DNA of 63,678 bases, filler included, from Kipferlia bialata (Eukaryota), in the NCBI GenBank assembly GCA_003568945.1. It is 3 parts of 3 records of this genome, joined end to end, with 100 filler letters (N's around TTAATTAATTAA, not from the genome) between each part and the next. Parts side by side here need not be neighbours in the genome. Positions count along the whole stretch, not along the records: positions 1 to 24,520 come from BDIP01000224.1; 2 more parts are not named here. One strand, written 5' to 3'. Every line of letters starts with the position of its first letter. The stretch's first letter is position 1. A program made the translations under genes and the position numbers. The notes under the pieces were generated by a model. It made no database searches. It saw only the letters and a program-made list of their open reading frames with translations, and was not told the DNA's origin. Shown here piece by piece: positions 1-11,534 of this stretch.

Positions 1-56
<56 letters not shown>

Positions 57-475
57 GGCATCATGCAGCCAGGGCAGGGCACAGGCCATGCACAGGTATA
101 GAGTGTATGTATATATTCATTGTGTATATATATAGTATGTATATATACATTGTATATATATATAGTATATGTGATTATGAATATGTATATGACCCCAGGC
201 TCAGGCAGAACCGAGAGGAGTCTCAGTCCTATGTATCCGTTCATATCTAATTTCCTTTTATATACTAACTCATAGGCTGAGGCAGAACCGAGAGGAGTGG
301 CAGTATTAGTGTTAGTAACTCTATATACACTAACCCCTCAGACTGAGGCAGAACCGAGAGGAGTTGAGGCTGACTGTGGCTGCAACTATACATATATATT
401 TATATATATATATATGTCTCTCTCTCTATATATATATGTATGTATTATATATATATATAATAGTATTGACCCCAG

Positions 476-1733
476 GCTGAGGCAGAACCGAGAGGAGTTG
501 AGGCTGACTGTGGCTGCACTGAAGCTGAGGGACAACCACGTCAAGGACCTGGGACACCATCTAGGTATACTATTACAGTATATATATATATATGTATATA
601 GATATGTATATATATGTGAGAAGGAGATTGAGGGACAACCACGTCAAGGACCTGGGGCATCACTTAGGTACATTATATACGTGCTTACAGTGTACACACA
701 TAATGTGAGGGAGGTAGATTGATGGACAACCACCTCAAGTACCTTGGGTATTATCTAGTCATTTCACTGTATGGGTATGGGTGTTGTGATAATATGGTAT
801 TTGTGTACCTTGTCCCACCCCAGGTGACATTGAGAGGCAGCTCAGGCAGTTCACAGTGCTCTACGACAAGGTATATACAGATGGGAGTATTAGATCTTTT
901 ACTCTTTGCTGTGTTTAGACTCGACATTCCTTCTCTCACTCTCTCACTCTCTCTCTCTCTCTTCTTCACTTACCCGTCAGGTCAAGAGCCAGCGCAACAA
1001 GTTCAACTCGTTGACACAGCAGGCAAAGCAGGTGTGGATACATCCTGTGACGTATTTATGGACATATACATATATATCAATGTTATCATTATGTATATGT
1101 CATATACATTAGACACAGCAGGCAAAGCAGGTATGAATACAAGTTCTATCATTGTATATATTTATTTGTATGTATGCTATGTTGATATGCGTCATATATA
1201 TTAGACACAGCAGGCCAAGCAGGTGGGAATACAACTCATATCGTTAGTTGTTTTTGATATATAGATATATGCTGAATTGAATCTCACCCTAGGCCATCCT
1301 AGAGACAGCTGAGAAGCTTGGCATCCTTGAGAACGAGGTGGCCTTACTGTCAGACGAGGCACTCAAGAAGGGGCACACCCTTAGCTCATTGACACAGGAG
1401 CGAGAGGTGTGTATGTACTGTTACAGTATTATGAATGCGTGTATTTTATCGTATGTGTATAATGAATACAATGTCTCTATATGTATCTCACCCCCCAAGA
1501 CATTGTGACTGAGCAATCAAGTTCTATGAATTACATACCATATACTATATATATACTATCGGTAGTATCTCACCCCAGGGCACTGTGACTGAGCAACCAA
1601 GTACTATGAATACACCACAATATTACATACTATTAAATACTATTGCGTGTAATACTGTTATAGTATCTCACCCCAGGGCATTGTGACTGAGTGCGATGCT
1701 CTGAGGCAGGATGTCGGGAAGAACACCCGGTAC

Positions 1734-1772
<39 letters not shown>

Positions 1773-4700
1773 CATAGACATACATGCAGTACACACGGTA
1801 CGTATGTATTATATTATATATTATATATTATATATATACTAATATATATATAAGTAATGAGAGATATGTATGTACAGCTGAGACAGGATGTCGGGAAGAA
1901 CACACGGTACGTATATATATATAAGTAATGAGAGATATGTATGTACAGCTGAGGCAGGATGTCGGGAAGAACACTCGGTACGGATACCCATAGACATACA
2001 TACAGCATGTATATATATACATTGATATATATGTATATACATCGATATATATGTATGTGCAGGATGTTGGGAAGAACACCCGGTACGTGTACCCATAGAC
2101 ATACATGCAGCATGTATATATATACATCGATAGATATATATACATCGATAGATATGTATGTGCAGGATGTCGGGAAGAACACTCGGTATGGACGCTAATA
2201 TACCTGTATCCCGCACTCTCAGTGTGCTGGAATAGAATGTCTCTCAGTACTTTTACATACATGTGAGAGTGAGTTACGGTTCTCTCTTGTAATCCTCACC
2301 CCCAGTGTGCTTGGTGAGAGTCACGAGCAGCTCAGGGCATGCATATCAGAGCTCGACAGACTCACAGGTATGTGGATATAGTATGTATATATTATAATGG
2401 TATATTATAGCATATATATGAATATATGGGAGGTGGATCTCAGGGCATGCATATCAGAGCTCGACAGGCTGACAGGTGTGTGGATATATATATAGAGGCT
2501 ATGCTCTGTCAGTCCTAGTTGCCCTTTCGTATCTCTCTCTCTCTCTCCCTCTACACCCTTATCCCAGGTGTCATTTCCTCCCTTGAGGAGGAGATCTCGT
2601 CGCTGAGGTCCCAGTACACAGGCAGCATCGAGGAGAGAAACTTCACAGGTGGGTAGAATTCCAGAATGCTGGCTTGAATAGTACATACTGTCGTATAGTT
2701 ACTGACATTAGGTCAGTGATTTGTAAATGAGTATATATATATTATTGTATATTTATATATAAATAAGTTTATTTATATTATTGTATATTTATTGGTTACT
2801 GACCCCAGGAGTGCAGTTGATCGATAGAAATGACGAGCTGGCAGTCTTGTATGAGCGTTTCAACGTTAGAGAGAAGGTGCTAAGAGAGAGTGACAGGCTA
2901 CTGGCGGACAGAGACCAGGTACGTCTACATGGTATTGGTATGGATTTATATACTGTATGTGTGTGATAGTTATAAGTCGCTATACTTGGTTGAACCTCAG
3001 GGAGCTCTCTCCCTCTCTCTCCCGTCCTCCCTCTATCCCCCCCCCCCTCTCTCACTCCTAGGACCTCCGTGTCCTGTCCATCCAGACCAAGGACCTGGAG
3101 AGGGCCATTGATGTGACTAGGTATATATAGAGTGTGTGTCAGATCACTAATGGATATATAGATGTGTATACTACTGTATATATAGATAGATGGAGAGTGC
3201 AGACCAGGGACCTGGAGAGGGCCATCGATGTTACTAGGTACAGCGGATATGTAATGAGAATGGTAGAGCAATCATTATAGGGGTCAATTTGTCAGTGTTC
3301 TTAACCCGTAGGAGGCCAGCCTCAAGGCAGACATAATTGTACTCTTCCATTTATAGTGTATACACTCTAATAGAGTGTATATATATACTAACAACCCAGG
3401 GAACAGGCTGCCGAGGCCTCCCATATATGAATATGTATACGTGTACCCTTTCGCTTATAAAGTGTATATACCATTAGTATGTATTCCTTACCCCTCAGGA
3501 GACAGGCTGCCGAGGCCTCGACCCTCAAGGCAGAGCACCAGGGACTGCTGGACGAGCTGGTGCAGGCCAAGGTATATATATATATAATATTACCCCTCTT
3601 TGAATAGAATATTCGGTAGTAGTCTCTGCATATTTCGTCAGTCTCTTGCATGCGAAGGTATAGGTTGAATACCCAAGAATACATACATACAACCCCCTCA
3701 TCCCCAGGAGGAGACCGAGAGGCTTGCCCACCGTGCCAGAGACACGGGCACAGAGAACAGGATGCTGCAGCTACCAGGTATGGGTATATATGCTATGTAG
3801 TTATGTCAGCATATCTATGCAGTATCTCTGTGTCCTATGACTCACCCCCCAGGCGAGCAGCCCGATCTGACCAAACTGGTGGAGAAGGCACAGGTATTTA
3901 ACATAAATATATGCATATTCAGTAGTAGTGGTATATATGTGTGTATGGGTATATAATCACTCACCCCCAGGACCTAGAGCAGAGGATCACAGACAAGAAG
4001 GAGGCATTCCTCGAGAGACAGGTATCTAACTGTGTATATATAGTTANNNNNNNNNNNNNNNNNNNNNNNNNNNNNNNNNNNNNNNNNNNNNNNNNNNNNN
4101 NNNNNNNNNNNNNNNNNNNNNNNNNNNNNNNNNNNNNNNNNNNNNNNATACACATGTATGGGTATCACGGACAAGAAGGAGGCATTCCTCGAGAGACAGG
4201 TACGATATGGGTATATATAGAGATGTATAGTTATATATATGGGAATATTGATAGATACTATATTATATATGTATTCGTATGTGTGTGTATCACGGACAAG
4301 AAGGAGGCATTCCTGGAGAGACAGGTATGTATATATGATCATATATACAGATGTATAGTTATATATATGGGAATATTGATAGATACTATTTTATATATGT
4401 ATATACACGTGTATGGGTATCACGGACAAGAAGGAGGCATTCCTAGAGAGACAGGTACTATTATATATACATATATACTTATACTAGCATATATATAGAT
4501 ATATATATATATGTATATGAGTGTATTATATATGTATATATACATATACCTGAATCACGGACAAGAAGGAGGCAATCCTGGAGAGACGGGTACGATACTA
4601 TATGGGTGTGTTTTACACATGAATATAGAATCATAGATACATATGTTTGTATCATATAGAAAGACAGGTAATGTTATTGTATCTTGTTGTTATGTATATG

Positions 4701-6280
4701 ATATATATATGTCCTCCATATATATTCCTGTCGCTGACCCCTCAGGTTGTGCTATTAATGAATCTTTAGATATATGTATCTACTCTGTCATATAACCACC
4801 CAGGTTGTGCTTGACGAGCTGGAGGCAGTGCTAGTAGTATATGATATATATGTATGATAAATATATAATGTTTATCAAATACCTGTTTTCTCTTTCCATT
4901 TCACCTCAGGTTGTGCTATTATTATTGAATCTTTAGTTATATGTGTCTACTTTATCATTTGACCTTCAGGTTGTGCTTGATGAGCTTGGCAAGCTGGAGG
5001 CTGATATAATATTGGATTTCTTATACCTATCCGTGCTCTATATATGGTATATATAGTATATGTAGATATATAGTATATCCTCTAACCACCCAGGTTGTGC
5101 TGGATGAGCTGGAGGCAGTGCTAGTAGTATATGATATATATGTATGATATATATATAATATATATCAAATACCTGTTTGCTCTATCCATTTAACCTTCAG
5201 GTTGTGCTGGATGAGCTCGGCAAGCTGGAGGCAGAGATCAGGAGCACCATCAAGGAGAGGAGACAGGATATGGAGCCAGTCAGGTACGGGACATATATAT
5301 ATGTATAGTATGTATACACATAAATGCAAAATGTATGTATGATGTACCATCAAGGAGAAGACAGGATATGGAGCCAGTGAGGTATGGTTCATAGTATATA
5401 TATGTTATGTGTATACATAGAGGTAAAATGTATGTATGATGTACCATCAAGGAGAGGAGACAGGATATGGAGCCAGTGAGGTATAATACACCCTCTCTCT
5501 TAATACAGTTCTCTCTCACTGCTACACTGCATTTCTATCTCTCCCCCTACACCCTTAATGTCAGGATGGCTGTTTCCAGACTCCAGGCCGCCCTGCACAA
5601 GAAGACCAAGCAGCTGCAGGTATTCTAAACACGCAAATAATATATATATATGCCCTATTTCCAATAGTAAGATGAATTGTCCTTTAGAAGACCAACTAAC
5701 ATATACAATACGAATATGCACTATTTACACATATACATTGAGTATTGTATACTATTTGTCGGACTGACTTCAGGCCCGTGTCTCTGAGACCTCCATGTTC
5801 CATGAGATGTATATATCATACATATATATATATATATATATATAGATGTGTGCCATATGTATACAATCTTTTACCACCAGGCCCTTGTCTCTGAGACCTC
5901 CATGTTCCAGATGATGACACTGGCACTGCACAGAGAGGGGGTATGTTCATATAGATAGACATTTGTATATATGAGTATATAGAGTTGTATATATATATAT
6001 ATTAATATGGATAGTTCCAGATGATGACACTGGCACTGCACAGAGAGGGGGTACGTGCATACACATACACACAGTTATATATCTATACTTACCTAGGACA
6101 CCCTGCGTGTCGTCCTCTATACTATCTATCTCTCTCTCTCCCTCTCTCTATATATATACCTATGTATACCCTTACCCCTAGGACACCCTGCGTGCCGAGG
6201 TGACTGAGCAGAGGGAGAGGTTTGAGGATGGCCTACCACCCACAGACGAGGCAGAGCAGGAGTGGCTCAGGATGGAGCAG
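476..6280 (+). CDS. CCDC146: CCDC146/MBO2-like ciliary coiled-coil protein, partial multi-exon gene
   Basis: Manually spliced GT-AG exons 476-564, 824-870, 981-1031, 1293-1406, 1677-1729, 2306-2367, 2568-2648, 2809-2918, 3062-3120, 3499-3571, 3708-3777, 3853-3893, 3971-4021, 5201-5283, 5565-5619, 5881-5940, 6182-6280 keep frame. Motifs LYDKVKSQRNKF, RNFTGVQLIDRNDELAVLYER, RMLQLPGEQP, ALVSETSM and GLPPTDEAEQEWLR resemble CCDC146/MBO2 from recall; paralog CFAP58 lacks the GLPP..E.EW tail. 5' end is outside the window; 3' end is cut at the polyC/G junction. Confidence 0.8.
4165..5120 (+). repeat. Intronic array of exon-edge echoes (5 donor-side, 5 acceptor-side)
   Basis: Copies of the end of exon 3971-4021 with GT at 4200, 4325, 4455, 4590, 4667. 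Copies of AG plus the start of exon 5201 at 4745, 4803, 4909, 4969, 5093. Confidence 0.9.
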
Positions 6281-6566
6281 GTACATACATATAGAGTGTA
6301 TATAGTAGACATGTGGATAGTATACATAGGTGTATAGTATAAATAGTATATAGAGTGTTTATATGTGGCTCAGGATGGAGCAGGTATATATAGAGAGAGT
6401 ACATACATATATAGTATATATAGAGTCTATCCGTACATAGTATATAGTATTCATGTGTATGTACATATTTATATATATCCTCTAACCCCAGACCCGCCTC
6501 GATGCCATCAGACAGCAGGCATCTATTGTTTGTATAAATACATGTTTACATTTATACATATACCAT

Positions 6567-6634
6567 CCCCCCCCCCCCCCCCCCCCCCCCCACCCCCCCC
6601 CCCCCCCCCCGGGGGGGGGGGGGGGGGGGGGGGG
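6567..6634. other. polyC-polyG junction, probable chimeric mis-join
   Basis: About 44 nt of near-pure C followed by 24 G. The + strand gene on the left and the - strand gene on the right both end here without a terminal exon. Confidence 0.65.
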
Positions 6635-6774
6635 AGTGTGAGAGAGAGTAAAAGAGAGAAAACTGAAGTGTCCACACATGATATGCACCCACCTCTGGCA
6701 ACCTAGGGGGAGGGGGAGTGTAAGAGAGAGTGTGTGTTATAAACAGAACTGAGTGGTCCCACGAATATACCCAC

Positions 6775-7200
6775 CTCTGGCAGCCCCTCGTAGTGGAGGG
6801 CACTCTCCAGACACTCAATGTCCCTGGGGGGTGAGGGGATGGAGGGAAGGAATGTAGCACGGTTGATGGTGAACAGAATGTGGAGTGACAACTAGAGTCC
6901 CTCACAAATGTAGAGAGCTCTCTATGAGTGAGGCACACCACCTTGTTGCTCTGACATCTCCGTATGTCCTGAAGTGCTTTCTGTCGAAGTCGAAGGTGTG
7001 CAGGGAGATGTCCTGTCTGGCGTCAGGGGGGGAACTCTTACATATATGTATTGCCACGGTAAGTGACACAAGTACAATATTAACTAATACCCCCACCTGC
7101 CCATTGCTGCCAGCTCGTGTCCCACCCTGCCCACGATGAATGACTTGTTGGACAGACCCTCACAGACTGAGGGGTCAGAGAGAGAGAGAGAGAGACAGAC

Positions 7201-7231
<31 letters not shown>

Positions 7232-10200
7232 CTGGGAGAGTGTCGATATGAACTATCCACACCTAGGACCTTGCTGCCGATGGGTGTGCCGACCAGGACC
7301 TTGGAGAAGTAGGACTGCACAACCTGGGGGTGGGGTATCAGGAATGAGGCCAGAGCTACTATAACATAGTACATCAAATTCATACATATATGGTAGCCGC
7401 ATATTATACCTGGTTTCTGGCCATCTCACTGAAGAAGAAGATGAGACCCAGGAAGGCCAGGATGCCTCTGGGGTGGGGGAGAAGGCAACATTGATAGGGA
7501 CATACTTAATAGATGAAAGAGAGAGAGAGATATCTGAGGGAGAGTGCGATTGAGAGAGTGTACTCACCCACAGACCAGGACCGATGACCAGAAGGTCTCC
7601 TCGGCATCTGCCATCTCAACTGGCCTGGGGGTAGAACTAGATTGGTGTCGGCAAGAGACAATACACACAGAATAGGGAGAGAGAGAGAGAGAGGGGGGGG
7701 GGGGGGGGGGAAAATGATAAAAAAATTTATCAGTATCAGTACCAATAATATTATATATAGTAATGGGGTAGATACATCCTATCCAGACATACTTATACCT
7801 AGGTAGTGCCTGGTATGCCCTCTCGTTGGCCTCTCTCTGGGTGGGTGCCCTGCCTAGGTCAGAGCACAGGCCGTGCAGAGACATCGAGGAACGGACCTGG
7901 GGGTGAGGGGGTATTCACTTACATACAGTACTATCCCAATATACACTATATAGTAGCATGAGTTGTCGTACCCACTTCTGACCGGACAGCTTCTGCTGGT
8001 CTGGCCCGTATGCATCCACAATGACACCCCTGCTAGGCCATGCCACAGAGTAGAAGGCAGCATCGACCAGGTCCTGGGTCAGCCCACCCTGGTCCCGTCT
8101 GCCTCTGCCCTGGGTGTCGGGTGCCCTTGCTCTGAACATGTACGCAGCCAAGGGGCCATAGATGGGGCCCTCGAGGTGGTTGTTGCTGGGGTCAGTAATG
8201 TATTGCCCCACCATAAGAGATAATATGTACTATATATATATATATAATACACTTAAAAGAATGGTAACCCCACCTCGTGGCTCTCTGCAGCTGGGAGTAC
8301 TGCTGTTCCAGCCGACTACCCTTGTCGGGGTGGTTGCGCAGGAACAGGGGGATGTTGAACCCACTCCTTTCTACACGGTGGCGCTCCTAGGGGTTGGGGA
8401 ACTACACGGATGTGGATTACGATAGAAATAGCTACCACACATAAAACAGAGTGTAAAGTATAATATGAATACTCATACTCACCTGGCTGTACTGCTTGTT
8501 GGCATTGGCCAGCTGGTTCTTCAAGTGGGATATCTCTGCCCTGTCTGGGCCAGGCCCTAGTGCCTTCCTCTGTTCACCTGCCTCAGCAAGGTCACGCTTG
8601 GCCCTCGACAGCTGGGGGTGAGATAGGGAGTATACACATGTATACATGTATACATATATACATGTAAGTGGGGAGAGAGAGAGAGCGAGAGAGTACGGAG
8701 CCCCTGCTAACCTTGTCCTCGAGAGTGATGATGTCTCTCTTGGCTGCCTTCTGCTCCTGCACCCTCTTCTCCCTCCTCCTCCTCCGTGCCTCTCTGGCCT
8801 CCTCGGCATCTGCCTCCATCCTCTCAATCATCCGCCTATCCTTGACTATGGTCATGGCCCCATCCCTGATGGTCCTGACCGTGTCTGCGACATCTCCCAT
8901 GGTCGAGTCAACCATCGTCTCAGACTGCACGTGGCGGTCTGGGGTCATGAAGACAAGGCTGCTGGACTCATGGGGATATATGTACGGAGACATTAGTATA
9001 TGTATACATCCACCAACTGTACCTCTCATCTCCCTGAGCTCCCCCTGGATAGTCTGGTACTCATGCTTGGCATCGGCCAGAAGGTCATGGGCCTGGGGTG
9101 AGGAGAGAATAGTATATCAGTATCGGTATATATATCGTATATATAGGTACATCGGCCAGAAGCTCATGAGCCTGGGGTGAGGGTTGTATTCAAAAGGAAG
9201 AAGGAGCATCACAACCTAGAGATAGAAAGACTAGACTGTAAGTATCCCACCTCCTGTCTGCTTGCCCTGACTGCCTCAGCCTTGGCCTCTGTATAAATAT
9301 CTATCAATATCTATATACCTATCTATATCTTACATATATCTATATACATATCTACCCCACCTCCTATCTGCTTGCCCTGACTGCATCTGTCATAACAATA
9401 TCAGTACCAGTATCTCATATGTGTCCTATAAGAGATAAGATACTAGACTGTACCTCCTGTCTGTTTGCCCTGACTGCCTCAGCCTTGGCCTCTGCATCTG
9501 CCTCACTCTTAGACGCACTGATCACATTTAGCCACGAGGTGGCCTGGGGGTGAGGGGGTGAGGGGGGAAAGGGGGGGGGGGGATGGGAGAGAGGTACCAT
9601 AACTACCATCACACTCCATACCCTTGAGAGTCTCTGCATCTTCTCGATGTTGTTGTCTCTGGAGGCCAGTCTCTCCTTGATGGCCTGCATCCTAGGGGGT
9701 TAGGCAGGGTACTATATTGTGATGTAGCTTGAATACAGTGTATATAGTGTGTGTGTCTACATATATCCCACTCACATGACCAGCTTCTTGTGCTGTGCCT
9801 CTGCCTCTGCCTTGTGGCTGCAGACCTCTGCCCTCATCTGGTTCACCCTCTCTTGCTCCTTCTGCATGTCTTTGAGTCTGGCCTTCAGCTGGGGGTCTGC
9901 AGAGTCCAGCAGGTGGCTCAGACGGTCGGGGTCCTGGGGGGTTAGATGACGCTGTACAATGTAATGGATATACACTAATTCATGCCTTCATCGTGGCCAG
10001 CTGCTGTGCCCCGTCCTGTTCCATGATGGCAAAGGGGTTGGTGATCTGGATGCGGAGCTGCTCCCTACACGTGAGAATAGGTGGGGGGGGGGGTACGTAT
10101 CATAAACAGCAATTAGTGAATGGGGTCACACCTAAACTGTCTGAAAAGTGGCTCCTGCTTGATGGGAATCCATCGGCAGCCTCTGTATGTACCGGTTGCG

Positions 10201-11289
10201 GGGTCGTACTCCTGTGGGTGAGGAAGGGCAGCATAATACATAACACATGCGCAAACTAATACACACCTGAGTCCATGACCCATCGTGCCCTATCAGCTGG
10301 TCCTCCACCCCAGACGTTTGCCTCATCTTGCCCCTGCTACTCAGCACATGGTACTGGGTCTTGAGAGAGGCAGCGCTGGGGGTGAGGCGGGTACTGGGGA
10401 ATTCGGAAACATTAGTATACAATACCCAATGATATATTGATCAGGGAGAGAGTGTGGCGAGGCCACAGAGCAGACAGGGTAGTGCATAATAGAGTCATTG
10501 ACAGTGTGTGATTAATGACAGAATGTGAGAGTCATGCTGAAACCCAGTATACTGATAAGTACATACGTACGTTTGTGGCCCCTTGGTAGTCTTCCTAGTG
10601 ATGACCCTTCTGAAGGTGGAGACAATGGGACCCACGACCCCCTCCGGCTGCCTCTTCACAACCACGTCCACCTCAATCCAGGCTGGGGGGTGAGTGAAGG
10701 GATAGAGTCAATGGGCACCACTATATACCCACCACCCCTACCTTCCTTCTTGATCCCCCTGATGATGGAGGCCATGCCCTTCTTCTCCCGCCTGTCCCCA
10801 AAGGCCACCAGGATGGACGTCATCAGCGTGGACTTGCCTGTCCCGTTGGGGCCTGGGGTAAGGCAAGAGAGAGAGAGTGGTATGTGGTGTTTCCATATAC
10901 AGGTGAAGAGAGCACCTTACACAACCCCATGCATCAGAGAGTGTGCAATAATAACATAGATGCTACATACCTGTGAAGTAGTTCACATATGGGTGGCAGT
11001 TGATCTCCAGGTCAGCCAGGCCCATGACGTTGTGCACCTGGGTATCAGTAAGGGATAGACATCAGACGGCATTCAGTGCTCTAATACGCACCCATGCAGC
11101 CACCATACATCAGTCCCCACCCCTCCATGTCTACCTGCGCCCCCCTACCTTGATCCTCATGATGTGGCCTGGGTGGTACACATGGCCGTACCGCTGCCTC
11201 AGGTAGTCCGCGTCATTGGTCAGGGGGTCGGGGAACACACCGCCCTCCTGCCCCTGCTCCTCTCTGGTAAACCTGTCGGTGTCAGACAT
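6775..11289 (-). CDS. SMC5/SMC6-like ATPase, N-terminal head, coiled coil and hinge (3' half missing)
   Basis: Spliced: MSDTDRF...PGHIMRIK|VHNVMGLADLEINCHPYVNYFT|GPNGTGKSTLMTSILVAFG (Walker A). Q-loop region LRIQITNPFAIMEQD, long coiled-coil exons, and hinge-like GPIYGPLAAYM. Walker B and signature motif are not present before the junction at about 6610. Confidence 0.75.
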
Positions 11290-11534
11290 GCCCCTATGGC
11301 CAGCACTGGCGTCCCCCTGCTCGCACCAGATGCAGATAAAGACAGACTCTTCTATTGAGTGCTGATGTGGGTGTTTTTGCGATAAATATCTACACCCTCA
11401 TCATGTTACCAAATAGCCAACTTCATAGGCGTGCTGCACAGGCCTGGACAGTCTAGGGTTACCACTACTGTCGTGAATTGGTTTGTTAGCCTGTGTTCAC
11501 TGAGCTGGGAGTTTTTCGGCTCTCTCAGTGAACA
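11290..11534. promoter_or_regulatory. Short divergent intergenic region, putative bidirectional promoter
   Basis: About 245 nt between head-to-head ATGs at 11289 (-) and 11535 (+). Positional inference only. Confidence 0.35.

Noticed and set aside
1790..2190. CRISPR-like repeat-spacer appearance of echo arrays
   Set aside because: Repeats are copies of the adjacent exon end, variable and non-palindromic; spacers are microsatellite-rich; no cas genes; eukaryotic context.
297..2262. Y/I/C/V-rich ORFs in the ORF track
   Set aside because: Translations of (TA)n/(TG)n intronic microsatellites; not genes.
4165..5120. Echoes as mutually exclusive alternative exons
   Set aside because: Each has only one splice site and half an exon, and donor echoes precede acceptor echoes, so no complete internal exon forms.
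476..6280. Non-standard genetic code (TAA/TAG = Gln as in hexamitid diplomonads)
   Set aside because: Spliced models need no TAR read-through, and several genes end in TAA or TAG.
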